Below are positions 57,349 to 64,000 of a stretch of 64,000 bases of DNA, in pieces; the first letter of the stretch is position 1; each line of letters starts with the position of its first letter. A model generated the notes under the pieces. The model ran no database searches. It was not told the DNA's origin and was given only the letters and a program-made list of their open reading frames with translations. The position numbers and the translations under genes were made by a program. The stretch is from contig JAAEPZ010000512.1 in assembly GCA_024231955.1 (NCBI GenBank), forward strand, positions 91,578 through 155,577, written 5' to 3'. This DNA comes from a bacterium. GTDB lineage: Bacteria; Krumholzibacteriota; Krumholzibacteriia; JACNKJ01.

Positions 57349-58146
57349 TCAGATGCCGGTAACTATCGCCATGAAAATCAGCAGCCCGCCCGTGAAGTGG
57401 ATAACCAGCGACGCCCAGGTCGAGTTCGTTCTCTGAGCCAGATAGGGCATGATCAGACAACCGGGGATCAGAGCGGGATACAGGTGACGAAACCCCGCGT
57501 GGAACAGAAAAACCCAGAACAATCCGTTGACGACCCAGGCCCAGCGGCCGTAGTTCAGCTCCATCCGGGGCAGCAGCAGTCCGCGCCACAACATGGCTTC
57601 GCCGAAAGCATTGAGGAGCAGGCAGACGAACATGTAGGGGATCACCCAGGTTTGCCCGGCCAGATGCTGCCCCATGAACTCCGTGATGGGCATGGTGGTG
57701 GTGAATCCGGGCTGCATGAAATCGGGCAACCATTGCGACGGTCTGAAGCCGGGCAAGGTAGCCAGGGAATCGTTGACGGGAGAGAGCAGTTGCTCCATCA
57801 ACGTGATGAACGCGAATCCCACGACAATCGCCAACCACCCCCTGATGGAGATTCCGTTGAAGCGCAATCGTCTCTTCACGTTTCGCGGAGTGAGGCGAAT
57901 CCCCTCCAGCCGCATACCGATCAGGGCGACGGGTATGAGCAGACCCATCGGGCCGTAAAGCGCGATGGTGAAGGCGAGGAAATAGGATAAACCCTGCTCC
58001 ATCAACCAGGGAACTCCCCAGTTGATTGTTGCGATCAGAGTCAACCCCGGAATGCCGAACCACAACGCAGACTGCCACAGGGGCAATGGTTTGAGATCGA
58101 AGTCCATAGGGTTCGATCTGTTGACAATGTTCATCCGGCCACTCAT
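57349..58146 (-). CDS. CPBP family intramembrane metalloprotease (CAAX protease-like)
   Basis: Multi-TM. 'AFGEAMLWRGLLLP' (EExxxR-like motif 1), 'FLFHAGFRH' (FxxxH motif 2) and the later 'HFTGGLL'. Confidence 0.6.
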   Translation of the reverse strand: MSGRMNIVNRSNPMDFDLKPLPLWQSALWFGIPGLTLIATINWGVPWLMEQGLSYFLAFTIALYGPMGLLIPVALIGMRLEGIRLTPRNVKRRLRFNGISIRGWLAIVVGFAFITLMEQLLSPVNDSLATLPGFRPSQWLPDFMQPGFTTTMPITEFMGQHLAGQTWVIPYMFVCLLLNAFGEAMLWRGLLLPRMELNYGRWAWVVNGLFWVFLFHAGFRHLYPALIPGCLIMPYLAQRTNSTWASLVIHFTGGLLIFMAIVTGI

Positions 58147-58258
58147 CCCTCTAGAGATACTGGCAATGCCGTACGTTTAAGACTGACGACGACATCATAC
58201 ACCACTGTTTTGCATTGCTCAATGCCAGTGTACGTTGTTTGGGAGATACGTCGGCAAT

Positions 58259-59386
58259 CTAGCGCTCCAGGTACTCCCGCCAGTCTTCGGGGGTATTGAG
58301 GTTACGATACCAACCGGGATTGGCCAGAGGGATCTGTTGAACGCGAACATCGTCGTAAAAGGAGACTATGCGGCGATGCCCCTCATCCAGGTGAGCCTTC
58401 ATCCGGGGCAATGCGGCCCTGGAGTAGAAGGCGAGCATGGCGTTCATCCGGCCATCGGCCTCCACCGTAACCACCACATCGTTGCGGGCTGCGCATGTCC
58501 GCAGTGCGAGCATATGGGCCAGACTCGGCTCGGGGATATCGCAGGCGGTGACGAAACAGAGGTCGTGGGACGCGGAGCGCATGGCCGAATAGATGCCCAT
58601 CAGCGGACCCTGCCCGGGCTCATCGTCGCAGATCACCCTGAGCGGTTTGGTGCCGGCTCCGGACAGGAGCGTCCTCAGCGTCGCGGCCTGCTCCGGATCG
58701 CTGGCCCCGACGATGACCTCATCCGCCATCCGGCCCAGACGCTCGACTATCTCCCGCAAAACCGACCGGCCCTTCACCTCGAGCAGCGCCTTGTCCCGTC
58801 CCATCCGGCTGCTCTCGCCCCCGGTCAGAACCACCGCCGAAAAGGGCGGCAGGAACTCGCGGGCCAACTGCCGTGCATCCACAGCGGCACGACCGTCGAC
58901 GGAGGCTATGCGCCTGTCGGCCAGATCCAGAACGGCCGCCGCCGTCGGTTTGGGTTCACCATCGCCGACGACCATCACGAACATGCCCGGCTCGACCGCA
59001 CGCCGCAGCGAGTTCGACTCGGCGACTATCACCGCCTCCTCATCCAACTGTTCGAGCAGGGCGTTCATCCCCTCGACCACATGGTTCTCCGCCACTCTGA
59101 GCCACAGCACCGAATCGGCGCCGGCGGCCAGCAGACGACAGGTATCCTTGGCGCCGGTCGGGTCCAACTCCTCGGTGATCAGCCATTCGCTTTCGAGTGA
59201 CGAGCACACGCCGCAACCCTCGCCGCCGCGGGGGCATGGACCGCCGCCGCTCCGGATGACAGTCACCTTGACGCCGTAGACCGGCGTGCGCGCGGACAGG
59301 GCCGAGATCAGATCGACCGACAGCCTGGTCTTGCCCAGGTTTCTGTCGGTCGAACCGATGAGAATCAGATTCGGGATTGATAACAT
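58259..59386 (-). CDS. mobA: Molybdenum cofactor guanylyltransferase (MobA) with N-terminal MobB-like/degenerate P-loop domain
   Basis: C-terminal half 'AVVLTGGESSRMGRDKALLEVKGRSVLREIVERL...VTACDIPEP' is the MobA signature. N-terminal 'LILIGSTDRNLGKTRL' is a P-loop-like motif followed by 'CPRGGEGCGVC'. GGAG RBS before ATG 59386. Confidence 0.55.
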   Translation of the reverse strand: MLSIPNLILIGSTDRNLGKTRLSVDLISALSARTPVYGVKVTVIRSGGGPCPRGGEGCGVCSSLESEWLITEELDPTGAKDTCRLLAAGADSVLWLRVAENHVVEGMNALLEQLDEEAVIVAESNSLRRAVEPGMFVMVVGDGEPKPTAAAVLDLADRRIASVDGRAAVDARQLAREFLPPFSAVVLTGGESSRMGRDKALLEVKGRSVLREIVERLGRMADEVIVGASDPEQAATLRTLLSGAGTKPLRVICDDEPGQGPLMGIYSAMRSASHDLCFVTACDIPEPSLAHMLALRTCAARNDVVVTVEADGRMNAMLAFYSRAALPRMKAHLDEGHRRIVSFYDDVRVQQIPLANPGWYRNLNTPEDWREYLER

Positions 59387-59426
59387 TGACCGAGTACTCC
59401 CAGGTTCCGGTGCGCCGGAGCGGCGC

Positions 59427-60323
59427 TCAGAACGCGATGCGAACGTAACCCTCTTTTTCCGCGAGGATATCCAGATACAGGCCGGCGACATCCTCCACCA
59501 GCAAACGCGCGGTCTGCCCGTCGGGCAGTTTCCGCTCATCCACCGTCTTCACGGCGCGCTTGCAGGTTTCGCAGGTCTCCAGCCAACGGGGATCCTCCTC
59601 ACTGATGAAGAGAATACCCAGATTGTCCTGCTCGTCGCAACCGCACAGGGCGCAGGTCAGACGGGGGAACTCCCACTCCTCACCACACAGTTCGCACATC
59701 AGAAAGCGATGCCCCTCCTCTTTGTCCAATCGGGAGAGGGTGGGCGGCGATCCGCACACGGCGCAATGACCCGTCGGATCCTCCTGTCCCCGCTCACGCT
59801 CGGGCAAGCGGAGACGGGCCGCGGCCATGAAGGGCGCAGCCAGCATCCTGCCCAGCAGGAGCAGGGCGAAGACGGGTATCTCCAGGGTACGGGTCAGGGA
59901 TTGAAGCACATCGGGGTCGGGTCCGCAAGCGGCCCGAACCAGTTGCTCCAGCAATCCCGCATCCTTGTCGGTCGCCCTCTGCAGACGCTCCAGATCCTCG
60001 GTGCCGGAGGCCGAATCGGCTGCGGCGCAGAAGGTGCACAGCGAATCCAGCAAGCGGCGCAGGAGATCACGGTCCAGGGGGACAAGCGATGCGTCGAGCA
60101 GCGGTTTCCCGGCCGCGCCCGCAACCAACGGCTCCCCCCCCGCAGCGGCCAGCCTGTCGGCGACATCGGCCTGCGCGCGCGCCACCGCGACACGAAACCG
60201 CATGTAATCCGCAGAGATATATTCGGAACCCTCAAGAGCTTCAAGAGCTCGAATATCATCATCCAGTGAACAGGAACCGGATGCAGTCTGAGACTGCACC
60301 CGGTTATCGATTTTATCAGACAT
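59427..60323 (-). CDS. fdhE: Formate dehydrogenase accessory protein FdhE-like
   Basis: Paired CxxC motifs 'CAVCGS...CELCGEEW...CALCGCDE...CETCKRAVK' with FdhE spacing. Confidence 0.7.
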   Translation of the reverse strand: MSDKIDNRVQSQTASGSCSLDDDIRALEALEGSEYISADYMRFRVAVARAQADVADRLAAAGGEPLVAGAAGKPLLDASLVPLDRDLLRRLLDSLCTFCAAADSASGTEDLERLQRATDKDAGLLEQLVRAACGPDPDVLQSLTRTLEIPVFALLLLGRMLAAPFMAAARLRLPERERGQEDPTGHCAVCGSPPTLSRLDKEEGHRFLMCELCGEEWEFPRLTCALCGCDEQDNLGILFISEEDPRWLETCETCKRAVKTVDERKLPDGQTARLLVEDVAGLYLDILAEKEGYVRIAF

Positions 60324-61599
60324 CCCGTCTACTCTCGTAAATGGGCAGCAGTTTTGCGCCCAACGTGAACAGAAGCAGCATTGTGGCGACGGTGCCCACC
60401 GTAACCAGAATCTCGATCATGCTCGGCACATATTCGCCGGGCAGATTCATGCCGATGAAGCATACCGCCAACCGATTGAAGATGCCGCCGGCGATCACCA
60501 GCATTACAGCAAAGGTGCGGGCGCCGACGTGGTTGCGGCACGCCCTTATGGAGAGGAGAACCGCGGGGACAGCTATCCCCAGGAACATCTCGGAGACGAA
60601 CATCGTGGCCTTTTCGGGACCGCCGAATGCAACCGTCAGATGGCCGGTGCCGGCCAGGGAGAACCCCTCAACGACCACATCGAGAATCCTGAAGATAAGG
60701 TAGAGCCAGAGGAAGCTGCCGATGAAGCGGCTCAACTTCGCAAGAAGCTCATCCTGCCGGGGCACGCCGAACACCTTGGGGGCTATGGTCCGCTCGAGCA
60801 CGATCACCGATAAGCCGATTATGACCGCCGACATCAGGAAGTTGAACGGCAGACGAGGTGACCACCAGAAGTGGCTCAGCTTGTCGGGGACCAGCAGGAA
60901 CAGGGAGCCCAGGGTGCTCTGGTGCAGACTGGAGAGCACGATGCCGAACATCACGAGCAGGATCGGCGTACTCTGTTTACGGCCCGCTCTCGACAACACC
61001 GCTGCGACGATGCCGTAGAACGCCAGAATCACCACGGCCCAGATGAGCGAATGGGTCATGATGTAGGCGAAGAACGACAGTCCGATGATGCAGTATATCG
61101 GCACCAGGGCTTTCCAGGCGGACTCGAGCCCCTTCAGATTGAAGCGCTCGAACAAAGCCGGAGCAAGCTCGAGTGCCAACACCGTGAGGTAGAACATCAC
61201 GCACCAGGCGACCTCGAAGAGCAGCGAGTGCTCGGGCCACATCCAGATCGGATTCACGATCCGCCAGGGGATGCCGATGTCCACCATCAGCGATCCGCCG
61301 GCGAAAGCGTAGGCCATGAGCCCCCACAACACCGCGGAGCGGGCAAAGCCGTGATACTTTTCGCCTCCGAAGATGTAGATCAACGCGGCCGAACTGAAAC
61401 CACCCGCACCGAGCGCGATGAGCGTCATGACGTTGAAGGACTTCCACAGTCCCCACGGCCAGACATCGCTCATGTTGGTGGTTGCGCCCAGACCGTTCAT
61501 CATGCGCATGACGACGGCGCCCAGGCCCACCAGCATCAGCAGAGCAAGGAGCACTGTCGGGCCGGTGACGATCTTCCTGTCGATTCTTTGGAATGTCAT
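60316..61599 (-). CDS. NrfD/PsrC-type polysulfide-reductase-like integral membrane anchor subunit
   Basis: About 10 TM. 'WPWGLWKSFNVMTLIALGAGGFSSAALIYIFG' is the NrfD family N-terminus. 4-nt overlaps with the flanking genes. Confidence 0.75.
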   Translation of the reverse strand: MTFQRIDRKIVTGPTVLLALLMLVGLGAVVMRMMNGLGATTNMSDVWPWGLWKSFNVMTLIALGAGGFSSAALIYIFGGEKYHGFARSAVLWGLMAYAFAGGSLMVDIGIPWRIVNPIWMWPEHSLLFEVAWCVMFYLTVLALELAPALFERFNLKGLESAWKALVPIYCIIGLSFFAYIMTHSLIWAVVILAFYGIVAAVLSRAGRKQSTPILLVMFGIVLSSLHQSTLGSLFLLVPDKLSHFWWSPRLPFNFLMSAVIIGLSVIVLERTIAPKVFGVPRQDELLAKLSRFIGSFLWLYLIFRILDVVVEGFSLAGTGHLTVAFGGPEKATMFVSEMFLGIAVPAVLLSIRACRNHVGARTFAVMLVIAGGIFNRLAVCFIGMNLPGEYVPSMIEILVTVGTVATMLLLFTLGAKLLPIYESRRDV

Positions 61600-61602
61600 G
61601 AC

Positions 61603-62460
61603 CTACTCCCCCTTCTTCGCGACTTCGGCGCAACGTTGATTGTACCAGTAGAATCCACCGAGCATGGCCCCCACGCCGAGCATGACGTGCGGTACGCCAT
61701 CCTTGGCGGCCTTGGCGTAGGACGGGAAGGAGCGCTCACCCAGATGCATCGGGAAGCCCAGCTTCTTGAAGGAGACGCCGGCCAGGTAGAGCCAGCTCGT
61801 ACCGCCGGCCTCCTTCTCACCATAGATATGATTGACGTATCTCTTCGGATTCTTGCGGATACGATTCCTGGCCTCGACCAGAAGCTCCTCCCGCTCGCCG
61901 AACATCAACGCTCCGGTGTGACAGGCTTTGGTGCAGGCGGGTTTCGTCTGCGTCTCCTTGTGCCGCGCCCTCTGTTCGCTGTCGAGAGCCTTGCCGTTCA
62001 CTGTCGCAGGCGCATCGCCGCCGGCCTGCCGCGTGAAACAGAAAGTGCACTTGCGCACGAACGGCACCGTCTTCTCCCACTCGAATGAGGGGACGCCGAA
62101 GGGGCAGGACAACAGGCAGTACCTGCAGCCGATGCACTTCGTCTCGTCGTAGACGACGGCGCCCGATTCGGTCTTCGACAACGCGCCGACCAGACAGGCC
62201 GATACGCAGGAGGGCTCTTCGCAGTGCATGCACTGACGACGGGCGAACACCCAGTCGAAGTGCCCGTTCTTGTTCTCGACCTCATTGAAGGTAACCAGGG
62301 AATAGGTCCTCGCCGACAGGTCGGCGGGGTTCTGATACCCGCCGGCCTTGGCGAAGAAGGTGGTCTCCTCGGGCGGCAGCTTGTTCTGCTGCTTGCAGGC
62401 CACCTGACAACCCCGGCAACCCGTACATAGCGTAGTATCCACCAGGACTCCACGACTCAT
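61603..62460 (-). CDS. 4Fe-4S ferredoxin-type iron-sulfur subunit of a CISM molybdoenzyme (FdnH/HybA-like)
   Basis: Four Cys clusters: 'CTGCRGCQVAC', 'CMHCEEPSCVSAC', 'CIGCRYCLLSCP', 'CTFC'. Its stop overlaps the catalytic subunit by 4 nt. Confidence 0.85.
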   Translation of the reverse strand: MSRGVLVDTTLCTGCRGCQVACKQQNKLPPEETTFFAKAGGYQNPADLSARTYSLVTFNEVENKNGHFDWVFARRQCMHCEEPSCVSACLVGALSKTESGAVVYDETKCIGCRYCLLSCPFGVPSFEWEKTVPFVRKCTFCFTRQAGGDAPATVNGKALDSEQRARHKETQTKPACTKACHTGALMFGEREELLVEARNRIRKNPKRYVNHIYGEKEAGGTSWLYLAGVSFKKLGFPMHLGERSFPSYAKAAKDGVPHVMLGVGAMLGGFYWYNQRCAEVAKKGE

Positions 62461-64000
62461 GCCACACCTCCTTTACCGATTTTGCGGACATCACAGAGGA
62501 AAGCCTTGAATTCCGGAATCATCGTGTTGGCGTCGCCCACCATGGGGGTAAGCATGTTGGCGCTCTCCCCCTTGGCGATGCCCTGATAACCGAAGTGCCA
62601 GATAAGGCCGACCTGATGCACCGTCTTGCCCTTCAACTCAAACGGCTTGAAGCGGGGCGTAACCACCGCGTACAGCTCGATGGTGGCGCGGGGCGTTTTC
62701 ACGGCCACCCTGTCGCCGTTCTCGATCCCCTTCTCGGCGGCAAACTCGCAGCTCATCTCGACGAACGCGTCGGGGACGAGCTCGGCCAGCCAGGGCAGGT
62801 TGCGCGTCATCGCGCCCGCCTGCCAGTGTTCGGTGACGCGATAGGTCGTCGCAACCACCGGGTACTCCTTCGAATCGCCGATCTCCTCGGGACGCCAGAT
62901 CTTGATCACAGGATTGTTCTGCTGTTCGGACATGAAGTTGGCCACCGGGCTCTCGAGCGGCTCGTAGTGCTCGGGGAGCGGACCATCCTTCAGCGAAGGT
63001 GCGAACAGGCAGGCATGGCCCTCCGCACGCATGATGAAGGAGTACTTCGCCTTCGGGTCCTGCGTGCCGTCCGGCTTCAGGAGCGGCGGCCAGCCGCCGT
63101 CGGGGACATCTCCCCTCCACTTGCCGGCGACGCGATCGTAGGCGATCACCGGTTTGTTCGGCGCCCAGGGGACACCCTTGGCGTCGCAAGAGGCGCGGTT
63201 GTAGATGATCCGCCGGTTGACGGGCCAGCACCAGGCCCAATCCTGGTTCAGGCCGATGGGATCGTCCTTGAGATTGGAGCGTGTGCGGCGGGCCATCATG
63301 TTGCCCTTCTCGGTGTAGCTGGCGCAATAGAGCCAGTTGCCGCTCGAGGTGCCGCCATCGTCCAGGAGGTAGGCGAATGAGGGGATCAGCTGCCCTTTCT
63401 TGAACGACTTGCCCTTTACGGTGCAGTCCTTCGTGAAGTAGCCGTTGATCTCCTTGGCCACCAGATGCGGATCGGGTTCATCGCCGTCGCCGTAGTTCCA
63501 GGCGAGGTTGACGATCGGATCGGGGAACACGCCCCCCTGCGCGTAGAGCTTCTTGAGCTCCCTGGCGATGCGGTCGAGCATCCACAGGTCGGACTTGGCG
63601 TCGCCCGGCGCGGGCTTGGCCCGGTAGCGCCATTGGCCCCAACGGCCGGAGTTGGTGACGCTGCCCTCCTTCTCCATCGATCCGGCGGCGGGCAGGAGGA
63701 AGACCTCCGTGTTGATGTCCGCCGGATTCGTGCCCGGACGTTTCCAGAAGGCCGCGGTCTCGGTCTCCCACAGATCGACGGCCACAAGCCAGTCCAGGTT
63801 GCCGAGCGCATCGCGCTCCTGGCCCGCGCTGGGTCCGCCGACCGCCGGATTCTGACCGAGTGTGATCATCCCCTTGATCACACCTCTGCCCATGGCGTCG
63901 AAGAGGGCCATGTGACTGTAGTTCGCATCCCGCTTCGGCAGATAGTCATAGGCGAAGTCGTTCGACTTGCCGGCGTTCTCGCCCCAGAAGGCCTTGAGCA
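62457..64000 (-). CDS. Formate dehydrogenase-type molybdopterin oxidoreductase catalytic subunit (C-terminal part; N-terminus beyond window end)
   Basis: The C-terminal 'MIPEFKAFLCDVRKIGKGG' matches the FdnG C-terminus, and 'TGRWGQWRY' the molybdopterin dinucleotide-binding domain. The ORF is open to the window edge. Confidence 0.8.
   Translation of the reverse strand, partial: LKAFWGENAGKSNDFAYDYLPKRDANYSHMALFDAMGRGVIKGMITLGQNPAVGGPSAGQERDALGNLDWLVAVDLWETETAAFWKRPGTNPADINTEVFLLPAAGSMEKEGSVTNSGRWGQWRYRAKPAPGDAKSDLWMLDRIARELKKLYAQGGVFPDPIVNLAWNYGDGDEPDPHLVAKEINGYFTKDCTVKGKSFKKGQLIPSFAYLLDDGGTSSGNWLYCASYTEKGNMMARRTRSNLKDDPIGLNQDWAWCWPVNRRIIYNRASCDAKGVPWAPNKPVIAYDRVAGKWRGDVPDGGWPPLLKPDGTQDPKAKYSFIMRAEGHACLFAPSLKDGPLPEHYEPLESPVANFMSEQQNNPVIKIWRPEEIGDSKEYPVVATTYRVTEHWQAGAMTRNLPWLAELVPDAFVEMSCEFAAEKGIENGDRVAVKTPRATIELYAVVTPRFKPFELKGKTVHQVGLIWHFGYQGIAKGESANMLTPMVGDANTMIPEFKAFLCDVRKIGKGGVA

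Noticed and set aside
1-64000. Search for mobile elements (transposase, integrase, phage genes) and for tRNA/rRNA genes.
   Set aside because: No DDE/serine/tyrosine recombinase motifs, no terminal inverted repeats flanking an ORF and no rRNA-like conserved stretches. No tRNA recognisable by eye; a tRNAscan-SE run would be the definitive check.

Overview
This is a high-GC (about 60-65%), gene-dense bacterial chromosomal segment, most likely from an FCB-group or candidate-phylum organism that has a type IX secretion system (T9SS). Four large secreted proteins end in the same Por/T9SS C-terminal sorting domain ('QNHPNPFNP...GxYFYxL...LLLK').

Gene content, left to right:
- a partial T2SS GspG-like pseudopilin;
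- two methyl-accepting chemotaxis proteins;
- a fused MFS/spermidine-synthase/TPR protein;
- a nitroreductase and an ICMT-family methyltransferase;
- two T9SS cargo proteins (a beta-helix protein and an M64-like metallopeptidase);
- a MarR-MFP-RND-TolC efflux operon;
- two tandem giant C25 (gingipain-like) T9SS cargo paralogs;
- an acyl-CoA dehydrogenase;
- a translationally coupled GntR-SPFH pair with a palindromic operator;
- a Big-domain lipoprotein;
- two tiny coupled ORFs and a duplicated ~77-bp hairpin repeat, immediately upstream of a coupled 5'-3' exonuclease / patatin phospholipase / unknown-protein cassette;
- a lower-GC membrane protein, QueF, a secreted protein, a GNAT, an MBL hydrolase, a cyclic-2,3-diphosphoglycerate-synthetase-like P-loop protein and an M23-like protein;
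- a Macro-CHAT fusion protein with a Cys4 neighbour;
- a PD40 beta-propeller protein, a secreted GxDxY repeat protein, and GT2 plus GT39/83 glycosyltransferases;
- a lower-GC pair of unknown proteins, a SAM methyltransferase and a CPBP protease;
- a formate-dehydrogenase-type molybdoenzyme operon (catalytic subunit partial at the window end, FeS subunit, NrfD anchor, FdhE, MobB-like-MobA).

I found no rRNA, tRNA, CRISPR array, transposase or integrase.

The best candidates for undescribed biology are the exonuclease-patatin-DUF cassette with its upstream duplicated hairpin repeats, the Macro-CHAT protein, the lower-GC two-gene island at 53.5-56.4 kb, and the tandem C25 paralogs, one of which appears to lack the catalytic His.

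All functional calls come from motif recognition by eye. I ran no database searches.
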